A stretch of DNA of 64,000 nt, from the NCBI GenBank assembly GCA_950097015.1, contig CATNEN010000008.1, forward strand, positions 2,604,001 through 2,668,000, in the 5' to 3' direction. This DNA is from Macrostomum hystrix (Eukaryota; Animalia; Platyhelminthes). Position 1 is the first letter of the stretch; each line of letters opens with the position of its first letter. Of the stretch, positions 51,379 to 62,233 are shown piece after piece. Position numbers and translations under genes: made by a program. Below the pieces are notes generated by a model, which did not search any database, had not been told where the DNA came from, and worked only from the letters and a program-made list of their open reading frames with translations.

Positions 51379-51744
51379 GAACAATTCCTTTATCAAAAAA
51401 GCACATCCCACCACAGTTGCGGTCTGTGGTCTAGATTAAAAAACTTTAATGTTCTAATAATCAGTTATGAGCTTGAAACATTATTAAAATATAAGTAAAG
51501 CACAATAACTCAGATAAAAAAGCTAGTAATGAATAAAATTTTTGTAACGCTTAAAATAGATAAAAGCCAGTTATTAAATTCGATATTTGATTTCTTAAAG
51601 AAAGCGTAAACTAAAAGGAAAAAAATTATTTTTAGCCCACGTCTCCCAAGGCAATGTTCTTTCTAAATTATTTAATTAAAGTTCTATTTCATACAAATGT
51701 TTACATACACTGTGATTTATTTGACAAAAAAACCGTTGCAATTA

Positions 51745-52713
51745 CGAGGTGCATTCACAAAAGTTCTTTTCGGTCCTTTGGCATTGTTTTGTAAATGACA
51801 CACAGAACAAATTTTTTTCAAATGCTGCAAGTTTAGTTTATGGCCTAAACCTTCCTGAGTTTTTAAGCCTTAGCTGGTGACTGTGTCTGAGCTACAAGCA
51901 ATTTTTTAGGCCACCCTTCTATTTCTTGGCCATGGCAGAATCTTTTTAAAAGCAAGACGTTCGGAGCTTGATGAAGTTCCAATTCCTGCAAGGAAAGAAA
52001 CCTCCGGAGATGTTTAGAGAGCTTCAGCAAGTGTTTGGTGACAGTGCACCAACTGAACAGACTGTTCGAAAGTGGTTCCAGTTGTTCGCTGAAGGCAGAG
52101 AGAGCGTCGAGGACAACGACCGCTCTGGAAGACCGATGACTGCCACCAACGAGACCGAGGTGAAGAAAGTGCAGGAGCTCCTCTGAGCTCCTGATCGGCG
52201 ACTGACTTGCGAAGAGCTGTCAGAAGATGTCAGAGTGTCAATTGGCAGTGTGCACACCATTCTGACAGAGCGTCTCAACCTGCAGAAGAAATTCAGCAAG
52301 TGGGTGCCACACCTGCTGACAGGTGAGCAGAAGATGCAACGTGCTCTGGCCGCCACCAACCACCTGCGCCGTTTCCAGCGAGAAGGAGAGAATTTTCTTT
52401 CGTCCGCCCTACTCGCCCGATTTGTCACCCTGTGACTTCTTCCTATTCCCATCTGTGAAGAAGCACCTTCGGGGCATTCGATTCGACAGCGTCAAGCCCA
52501 TCAAAGCTGCTTGCCAAGGTGCGGTGCGTGAAACGGACGCGAGAGGCGTGGGTACTGGAATCAGAGGTCTGGTGCATCGCTGGCAGAAGTGCAAGGACAT
52601 TGGCGGAGAATATGTTATATATGAATGACCTAACCTTGTTTTCATTGTTCCATACGTTTTTTGTTAATTTTTTCTGAGCACCGAAAAGAACTTTTTGAAT
52701 GCACCTCACCTCG
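51745..52713 (+). mobile_element. Internally deleted, defective mariner (969 bp)
   Basis: TIR cgaggtgcattc(a)aaaagttcttttcgg, TA flanks. Transposase remnants with stops (WVPHLL, PYSPDLSPCDFFLF); most of the catalytic core is deleted. Confidence 0.9.
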
Positions 52714-53010
52714 TATTATCACAGTTCAACTTTCAAAGACTCCCTGTATAATCTGTATGCGATAATTTTCTATGGTAAGAGTATTTAAAAGTAAAAAATA
52801 TTAAACAGTCCAAAAAGGACAAAGCTGTGAAAAGTTCACAAAAACGCAACAAGTAGAAAAAAAGTTTTTAAAACAATTACACATTAGGACTCGACTTGTG
52901 AAGAAGATACATATTGACTAGTACATTCAACTAGCTACTAGTTACAATAAAAAAGTGACTTTGTTATAAACAGATTATAACACACTGTTTAAACTGATTG
53001 TAAAACATTA

Positions 53011-54330
53011 CGAGGGGTGGTTATTAAGTTCTCGGAAAAAGTAATTTAGAAAGATGCTAGGGACACGAAATTTTACTATGTTGTAGGGATGGCTATTCAA
53101 TGCTTGCATGCAAAATTTCAGCTCAATCGGCCATAATGATGCGCCGCAGTGGCCAAAGTTCCACAGAAAACATAATACCCCTGCCTCAGCTCACCGAACG
53201 TGACAGGCGGGTAGCCATTCTGGTGCAGTTTCGCCTGGGCAGCACTGCGGCTGCGTGTCACCAGACGCTTCGTGCGGCCCTTGAGGATCAAGCCCCGTCC
53301 CAGTCGATGGTGTACGAATGGTTTGCGCGCTTTCGCTGCGGCTCGGCCTCCCTGGACGACGAACCTCGCGAGGGTCGTCCAATTTCAGCCATCTCGGACG
53401 GAGTTGTCGCTGCTGTTCGACGCCACGTCGACGAGGATCGGCGAGTGACAACTCGTTGGTTGGAGCAGCTCGTGGGGGTGTCGCATTCAACCATCATCAA
53501 GATTCTGCACCAACACCTGGGCATGCGGAAGCTGTCTGCTCGCTGGGTGCCCCACCAACTCAGTGCAGATCAGATGCGAGCCCGCGTTGAGTTCGCCGAG
53601 CTGATGCTGGCCAAGTTCAATGGGGGAGCTTCAAAATCGGTGGACAACATCCTCACTGCTGACGAAACTTGGGTCTATTTCTACGACCCCGAGACCAAAG
53701 AGCAGAGTCGTCAGTGGGTGACCAATGAGGAGGATGCCCCGCTGAAATTCCGCCGAGAACGCAGTGTCGGCAAAGTGATGGCGGCCATTTTCTTCCGTCG
53801 CTGCGGGATCCTGCCGCCCGTGCTGCTGGATCACGGTGCCACGGTGACCGCAGAATGGTACACCACAATCTGCTTGCCGCAGGTTCTTCAAGCGCTTGCG
53901 CAGGAGCGGCCAAAGATGCATGAGAAGGGCATCTTCCTCCACCAGGACAACGCTCCCGCTCACAGGGCAAGAATGACCCAGGAATTCCTGCAGGCGACAC
54001 GGCTCGTCCAGCTGCCACATCCGGCATATTCGCCGGATCTCGCGCCTGCCGACTTCTTCCTCTTTCCCAGGATGAAGAAGAACCTGAAGGGAAAGCGCTT
54101 TAATTCGAGGGAGGAGCTCGCGGTTGCCCTGCAGACTGAGCTGGACTGCTTCACCAAAGTTGACCTGAGGGGATGCTTTGATGCGTGGTTCCATCGCTTG
54201 CAGAAGTGCTTGGATCTGGATGGAAGCTATGTTGAGAAGTGCTAGTAGGACGACCTTTCAGTGTGTGAAAACTCAGCCAAATCCGATAATTTTAAGGACA
54301 CTTTTCCGAGAACTTAATAACCACCCCTCG
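53011..54330 (+). mobile_element. Full-length mariner transposon (1320 bp)
   Basis: Perfect 29-bp TIR cgaggggtggttattaagttctcggaaaa, TA duplication, intact ORF. Confidence 0.97.
53100..54245 (+). CDS. Mariner DD34D transposase
   Basis: WVPHQL, ILTADETWV, HQDNAPAH, YSPDLAPADF; 34 residues between the second and third D. Confidence 0.95.
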   Translation: MLACKISAQSAIMMRRSGQSSTENIIPLPQLTERDRRVAILVQFRLGSTAAACHQTLRAALEDQAPSQSMVYEWFARFRCGSASLDDEPREGRPISAISDGVVAAVRRHVDEDRRVTTRWLEQLVGVSHSTIIKILHQHLGMRKLSARWVPHQLSADQMRARVEFAELMLAKFNGGASKSVDNILTADETWVYFYDPETKEQSRQWVTNEEDAPLKFRRERSVGKVMAAIFFRRCGILPPVLLDHGATVTAEWYTTICLPQVLQALAQERPKMHEKGIFLHQDNAPAHRARMTQEFLQATRLVQLPHPAYSPDLAPADFFLFPRMKKNLKGKRFNSREELAVALQTELDCFTKVDLRGCFDAWFHRLQKCLDLDGSYVEKC

Positions 54331-54599
54331 TATGTCAGTAGTAAAGAAAACCAAAAATTTCTAAATGACATTGTTGAATACGTAATTGTGAAGAAAATAA
54401 ACGTTTTTAATAACATACTCTAAATATAATGCTATATTTGCCAGATAACTTACTGTAAGTAATATATGCTAAGTAATAATACTATACTAATTGGACAGAA
54501 ACGACGGAAAATTCTTGGGGTGGAGTGTAGCGATAAACGACAAACGTAATCGTACTACATAATTAATTTTCAAGTTAAACACATTGATTTATCTAAGCT

Positions 54600-55610
54600 A
54601 GCTTGAATAAACTAGCACCCAGCAACAGCAAGTAGTTCTCATCTGGCATTCATCATTAAATAGTTCTCATCTAACCTCATTTCTCATGGACTAGTTCTCA
54701 TCTAACCTCATTTCTCATGGACTAGTTCTCATCTGACCACATTTCTCATGGACTAGTTCTCATCTGACCCAATTTCAAATAGACTAGTTCTCATCTGACC
54801 CAATTTCAAATAGACTAGTTCTCATGAGACCTCATTTCACTTAGACTAGTTCTCATGAGACCTCATTTCACTTAGACTAGTTCTCATGTGACCTCATTTC
54901 ACATGGACTAGTTCTCATGTGACCTCATTTCACATGGACTAGTTCTCATGTGACCTCATTTCACATGGACTAGTTCTCATGTGACCTCATTTCACATGGA
55001 CTAGTTCTCATGTGACCTCATTTCTCATGGACTAGTTCTCATGTGACCTCATTTCACATGGACTAGTTCTCATGTGACCTCATTTCACATGGACTAGTTC
55101 TCATGTGACCTCATTTCACATGGACTAGTTCTCATGTGACCTCATTTCACATGGACTAGTTCTCATGTGACCTCATTTCACATGGACTAGTTCTCATGAG
55201 ACCTCATTTCACTTAGACTAGTTCTCATGTGACCTCATTTCACATGGACTAGTTCTCATGTGACCTCATTTCACATGGACTAGTTCTCATGTGACCTCAT
55301 TTCACATGGACTAGTTCTCATGTGACCTCATTTCACATGGACTAGTTCTCATGTGACCTCATTTCACTTAGACTAGTTCTCATGTGACCTCATTTCACAT
55401 GGACTAGTTCTCATGTGACCTCATTTCACATGGACTAGTTCTCATGTGACCTCATTTCACTTAGACTAGTTCTCATGTGACCTCATTTCACATGGACTAG
55501 TTCTCATGTGACCTCATTTCACATGGACTAGTTCTCATGTGACCTCATTTCACATGGACTAGTTCTCATGTGACCTCATTTCACATGGACTAGTTCTCAT
55601 GTGACCTCAT
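54600..55610. repeat. 31-bp minisatellite (~32 copies) with internal inverted repeat
   Basis: Unit gactagttctcatgtgacctcatttcacatg. Confidence 0.95.
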
Positions 55611-55953
55611 CACTGCACAGGAAAATTTTCAGACTGTAAAAGTTGGGAGTTGGAGTGGAGTTGCTGATTACGCATCTTGACAGATCTGGAATCTAAACAT
55701 TTAGGCAATTTGATAAAAGAACAGAGGGCTTGGCAATAGTCTCTGCTACGCATTATAAACTTTCTGAGTTCAGGACTAGCATAATGCACTGTATAAAAAG
55801 CATTAGATTCCGGATCCAAAGTAGAAAAGCTGCGCTCTGTTTAAAGTTTCCATGGAAACCTTAAATTACTAAATCGAACTACGAAACACAAAAACGGTTG
55901 CCATGGAAACTGATTCAGAAAGCAGTTGTCATCAGTAAGATTTGTCCGCGGTC

Positions 55954-58900
55954 TTACTGCATGCTTGCCTCGATGAATTCCAGAAATCGGCGTGCGTACA
56001 CCTCGGGTCGAACTGTGCTCAGCTGGTTCTCATTCCCGTAGCCATGCTTCATTGACTTGTAGGTCTGGGCTGTCCTCTTGCGCACGCCGTACTTGGTGAG
56101 GATGCCGATGAGGCCAATAAAGTACACGTATTGGCCGCCGATTGAGGGTACCGCGAATTTCTCTTCCGGCGCGGCCGAAGTAGCTTCGTCATCGTCGTCC
56201 TCATCGTTGGCTGAAGCGGAGGCGCCGGCGCCAGCTGCGGCTGCGGCAGCTTCCTCTGGCTCGCTGTCGCCGGCGTCAGGATCGCCGGTTGCGTCAACGG
56301 CAGCGTCGTCCGGTTCGCCAAGTGCCTCGTGTCCTACCTGCTATATTATAATTACAAAAGAACTCACCAATCAGAACCAAACAATCAGAACTGCCCAATT
56401 AAAACCTACTAACAAAAACCAACCAATCAGAACAGATCAATTAGAACCTACTGATAAGAACCAACCAATCAGAACTGATAAGTTAGAACCTACTGATAAG
56501 AACCAACCAATCAGAACTGATAAGTTAGAACCTACTGATAAGAACCAACCAATCAGAACTGATAAGTTAGAACCTACTGATAAGAACCAACTAATCAGAA
56601 CAGATCAATTAGAACCTACTGATAAGAACCAACCAATCAGAACTGATAAGTTAGAACCTGCTGATAAGAACCAACCAATCAGAACAGATCAATTAGAACC
56701 TACTGATAAGAACCAACCAATCAGAACTGGACCAACTAAAACCGATCGACAATAATCGATCAATTAGAGCTGATCAGAAACAATCAAGTGAAGATGACCA
56801 ATCAGTAGATTAGAAATATTAAGCTGTACACAATAAATTAGATTACGAAACTGAAGCCGTATTAAAGCAGCTGGCAAGACAAGCGGATTCAATGACAAAC
56901 ACGAACCTCGGCCTCGCCAATCTTCGATCGATCGTGCACCCCAACTAGCAGCGAGTAGTCCATGAGATTCTCGCGCTGCAAGAATTCAGTGTCCGACCTC
57001 AGCGTGGAAATCAGGCGAGCCTTCTCGGCCGGGCCAACTTCGATACGCTCGCGGGCGGTGACAAAGTCGACATCCTTGTAAGTCGGCAGCTCCTTGCTGC
57101 GCTCTTTCTCGCTGGCCTCCCGATCGATTGTGCTGCCCTTTAGGTCGTACTTGCGGTGGATCTTGTAGCGCGGGCTGAACACCGATCTGTCAGGAGTGTT
57201 GCGAATGCGATTGGGGTGTCAGAAACAAAAATTGTGTGTCAGAAAAACTATATTTGGGAATCAGGAATGATACTTAGGTGTCAGAAATGATTTTTGTTTG
57301 TCAGGAATGATGTTTAATTTCATTATTTAGGTGGCAGGTATGATGTTTAATTTCATTATTTAGGTGTCAGGTATGATGTTTAGGTGTCAGGTATGATGTT
57401 TAGGTGTCAGGTATGATGTTTATGTGTCAGGTATGATGTTTAGGTGTCAGGAATGACATTTGGGTGTCAGGAATGATATTTGGGTGTCGGGAATGATATT
57501 TGGGTGTCAGGAATGATGTTTCATTTCATTATTTAGGTGTCAGGTATGATGTTTAGGTTACAGGAAGGATATTTAGGTGTCATGAATGATACTTGGTTGT
57601 CAGAAATTATATTTGGGTGTCAGGAATGATACTTAGGTGTCAGGAATGATACTTGGGTGTCAGGAATGATATTTGGGTGTCAGGAATGATACTTGGGTGT
57701 CAGGAATGATACTTGGGTGTCAGGAATGATACTTGGGTGTCAGGAATGATACTTGGGTGTCAGGAATGATACTTGGGTGTCAGGAATGATACTTGGGTGT
57801 CAGGAATGATACTTGGGTGTCAGGAATGATACTTGGGTGTCAGGAATGATACTTGGGTGTCAGGAATGATACTTGGGTGTCAGGAATGATACTTGGGTGT
57901 CAGGAATGATACTTGGGTGTCAGGAATGATACGAGCGCATACACAGGCAAGGTTTCTAGCACCCAATTATTGCGCTTCGCCTGCAAGAAATCATTGTCAT
58001 GGGCTAGCAAATTTTTCAGTCCCTTGGAGACTCGCCGCCTAGAGATTAATTGGACACGCACAAAGCAGTTTTTCTTCATCGAAATTGCAGCATGAACCAG
58101 CAATATTCAGGCGGTGGGTGGGTGGGTGGGGGGGACAACAGAAATCAGAGAGATGCAAATTGGGATTTAGCAATAGGAGAAGACGGAGATTATAAAATTG
58201 AGGATTACGAGATCCTATTTGGGAAAAGAAAACAAAGATGGGGCACGCTAGGATTTAGATTATCCCCCGACTGCTTTCGGTTACATAGGGAAGCAGGGAG
58301 TGTGCCAAACATGCACAGACACACATATTTTTTTATGCAGAAGATGCACGCATGATAAGATCTGGGATCCACTGGTGGTAGCGATCTGCTCCATAAAGAG
58401 GACTTCATTTGCCTGAGCACATCGCTTCTCAAAGAGAGATAGGAGAATAATAAAATATAGAGAGGCCGCCGCTGGGAAGATGGAGGTAAGGAAGGAAGTA
58501 TGAAATATTGCAGACGGGCCGCAAACAGACAGAGTGTTCCACGCAGGGACGGGAAATGCCTCACTAGAAATAAGCAATTTTTCAGTCAGGGCAGGTGGGA
58601 CTAAATAATTTGAAGGGTCTGAGAGACAGCATGATTCTGTCCAAATTTTAAGAAAACACACTCACACAAAGAGAAGGATGATGAGGAATAGAATTGGATT
58701 TGAGTTATCACGGTGGCTTCCGGACGTGAAGCAAGTTAAACGACGGAGATGCAAGAGCTCTTGTGTTTGTAATTATAACAAAAATAGAGTCTAATTATAG
58801 AAGATTAATTGCTCAACTAATATTTATGATAGAATGTACTCAATAAATAAATATATAACACTGTGGCTAGTTAAAAAACTACCTGGAAAATGTTAACTAA

Positions 58901-61900
58901 ATGGGAGGGTATCGTGGCGTAACGGTAAAGCGTCCTAAAGGGGATGTAGCCAGTACGGGGTTGTAGCCTAGTAAGGGGATGTAGCCTAGTACGGGGTTGT
59001 AGCCTAGTAAGGGGTTGTAGCCTAGTAAGGGGTTGTAGCCTAGTAAGGGGTTGTAGCCTAGTACGGGGTTGTAGCCTAGTAAGGGGATGTAGCCAGTACG
59101 GGGTTGTAGCCTAATAAGGGGATGTAGCCTAGTACGGGGTTGTAGCCTAGTAAGGGGATGTAGCCTAGTACGGGGTTGTAGCCTAGTAAGGGGTTGTAGC
59201 CTAGTAAGGGGTTGTAGCCTAGTAAGGGGTTGTAGCCTAGTAAGGGGTTGTAGCCTAGTAAGGGGTTGTAGCCTAGTAAGGGGTTGTAGCCTAGTAAGGG
59301 GTTGTAGCCTAGTAAGGGGTTGTAGCCTAGTAAGGGGTTGTAGCCTAGTAAGGGGTTGTAGCCTAGTAAGGGGTTGTAGCCTAGTAAGGGGTTGTAGCCT
59401 AGTAAGGGGTTGTAGCCTAGTAAGGGGTTGTAGCCTAGTAAGGGGTTGTAGCCTAGTGGTTTGTCGGACTCACGATTGGAAGGTCGTGAGTTCGATTCCT
59501 GACTCCACTAACTCAAGACACTAGCTCCACATTGCTTCAGTTTAACGAGGTGTAAAATGTGTACCAGCATCAGCTGGGGTAACTGAGGGTGGGTCTGGCG
59601 TACCCCCCAGACTATGGAGCCATCAATGCGCCGCGTGTAGCCTAGTAGCCACAGCTGCGGCTGTGCTGTCTCTGCTGCACATTTTGCCTAATTGGAGCAG
59701 GAGTAATAAACAATAAATTCATAACAGTGATAACTCACCGCATCATTAGCAGGTAATAATCGGTATCCTCCACTGTGGCCCTGTACATGGCCAGGTACTG
59801 AGGCAATAGGGTGGCAGCTCCGCATTCCACAATATAGCCATGATAGGCCTGTAACACCTGGTGCACCTGTTCAACCTCTTCGCAGGTGATTAATCTGAGT
59901 ACGTAGCGCCTATTATGGGCGCAGAGGAATCTGGCGCCGGCCCGACCCAGCGAGCTGTCCCAGTGGGGCTGGCGCCGGGTCCAGCTGGACAGCAGATCGG
60001 CAGTCTCAGCTACGCCGAATTTGGCTCGCAACTCGGCGAACACAATCGGGCAGTACTCCTTGAACTGGAAGCGGCTGGGCATGCTGTCTCTGGTGTGGAC
60101 GATGGCGCAGAGGAACGGGCACAGTGAGAGCGGAGATTTCTCCCCATGAGGATAGCGAAAATCTCTCAGTTAAAAATGATTTCAGATGCGTCCGATGTGT
60201 CGAAAAAAAAACATTTCTTCTCCGAATGTTCTTCTAAAATAAGTACTCCGATAATCTTCTGGCATTCCGTCCCAAAAAATTTTCGCACTCCACAGAAATC
60301 ACTGGCAGACAGGCTAATTAGACTCTCTATTGAAGCATGTCGAAACCAGACCAACAAGAAAAATGATGCCGTGCCGCAATGCCTGCTGGATTGGTCCAGC
60401 CTAAATTAATTTCCCATGATTAGAAAGTCTATGCCACCAGTGCATTGCAAAAGCTAGATTTTCTCCTATCAATTAAAGACTGACATTTTTTTTCAAGCCG
60501 AGTTCAAAGGCAAATTACTTCTTTACTGAACTGGCTTGCTGTTCCAGATCTTGACAGATCTCCACATCTCATTGATCAGTCATTACCCACTCTCCACATC
60601 TCATTGATCCGTCATTACGCACTCTCCACATCTCATTGGTCAGTCATTACCCACTCTCCACATCTCATTGATCAGTCATTACCCACTCTCCACATCTCAT
60701 TGATCAGTCATTACCCACTCTCCACATCTCATTGATCCGTCATTACGCACTCTCCACATCTCATTGATCAGTCATTACGCACTCTCCACATCTCATTGAT
60801 CAGCCATTACCCACTCTCCACATCTCATTGATCAGCCATTACCCACTCTCCACATCTCATTGATCAGTCATTACCCACTCTCCACATCTCATTGATCAGT
60901 CATTACGCACTCTCCACATCTCATTGATCAGTCATTACCCACTCTCCACATCTCATTGATCAGTCATTACGCACTCTCCACATCTCATTGATCAGCCATT
61001 ACCCACTCTCCACATCTCATTGATCAGCAATTACCCACTCTCCACATCTCATTGATCAGTCATTACCCACTCTCCACATCTCATTGATCAGTCATTACCC
61101 ACTCTCCACATCTCATTGATCAGTCATTACCCACTCTCCACATCTCATTGATCAGCCATTACCCACTCTCCACATCTCATTGATCAGCCATTACCCACTC
61201 TCCACATCTCATTGATCAGTCATTACGCACTCTCCACATCTCATTGGTCAGCCATTACGCACTCTCCACATCTCATTGATCAGCCATTACCCACTCTCCA
61301 CATCTCATTGATCAGTCATTACGCACTCTCCACATCTCATTGATCAGTCATTACCCACTCTCCACATCTCATTGATCAGTCATTACCCACTCTCCACATC
61401 TCATTGATCAGTCATTACCCACTCTCCACATCTCATTGATCAGTCATTACCCACTCTCCACATCTCATTGATCAGTCATTACCCACTCTCCACATCTCAT
61501 TGATCAGTCATTACGCACTCTCCACATCTCATTGATCAGTCATTACTTTAATTCTGAATGGAAAACAAGAAACTACTAATAAAAGACATAAAAATGAAGC
61601 TAAGCATCCTGAATACACATTCCAACTACATATTACATGATGAGTCCTTGACGGTTGGTTTGAATAATAAGGTAAGCTAAATCTACAGGAAGTAGACTAC
61701 AGAGCTCCTGTCCTGGTTCAAAGACTTGATTTATTTACAAAGTAGATAAATTAATTTGTAGTAACCTACTTTTTGACCCTGTTCACAATATCTGTACACA
61801 AAAAATTGACAATTTGTTTTGATTTTTAATTCTTGATTTTTAACTCAAGCCTAAATAAACAATTGAGAATTGTGAGATAAATCAAAGCTTTTGTGAAGCT

Positions 61901-62233
61901 CAGGTGAATTAAGGTCTAAAAACTCACTTATTGAACAGATGATTGTCCACTTTGACCTTCAGATAGCTTTTGAAATCGTCAGGCAGTAGCATAGTGCGTT
62001 TGTTGACATGGTTTAACTGTTCAAACTGACAATTGAAATTTCTTTTATTAAATCATTTATGTATCATAGCTACAAATGGAGAGCATATTTAAGCAATTAT
62101 TCTTTCCACATATGCTTACAGAGTAGCTAATGCCCCACATGATGACAGACTTCAGTGGTTCATTTGCACGAAAGAGTTTAAGCTTCTGGCGAACACCCTT
62201 GACTTTGCGACTTTTCTTCACATGGATGTCCAT
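55954..62233 (-). CDS. PIP4K2: PI5P 4-kinase type-2-like protein (probable pseudokinase)
   Basis: Exons 62233-62120, 62025-61928, 60089-59739, 57186-56907, 56337-55954, all GT-AG and in frame. [62 protein letters not shown]. Confidence 0.93.
56360..56735. repeat. 42-bp minisatellite in PIP4K intron 4
   Basis: Unit gataagaaccaaccaatcagaactgataagttagaacctact, ~9 copies. Confidence 0.9.
57270..57930. repeat. 20-bp minisatellite in PIP4K intron 3
   Basis: Unit gggtgtcaggaatgatactt. Confidence 0.95.
58938..59460 (+). repeat. 18-bp tandem array (~29 copies) of a SINE 5' end / A box
   Basis: Unit ggggttgtagcctagtaa matches the first 16 nt of the family-B head at 51306. Confidence 0.9.
59441..59640 (+). 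mobile_element. tRNA-derived SINE, family B, with CORE-like central domain
   Basis: Head ..gtcggactcacga..gagttcgattcc followed by caagacactagctccacattgcttcagtttaacgaggtgtaaaatgtg. This resembles the CORE-SINE consensus CAAGTCACTT..CTCAGTTT..TGTAAAATGG (recalled, not computed). Confidence 0.6.
60560..61546. repeat. 32-bp minisatellite (~31 copies) in PIP4K intron 2
   Basis: Unit ctctccacatctcattgatcagtcattaccca. Confidence 0.95.
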
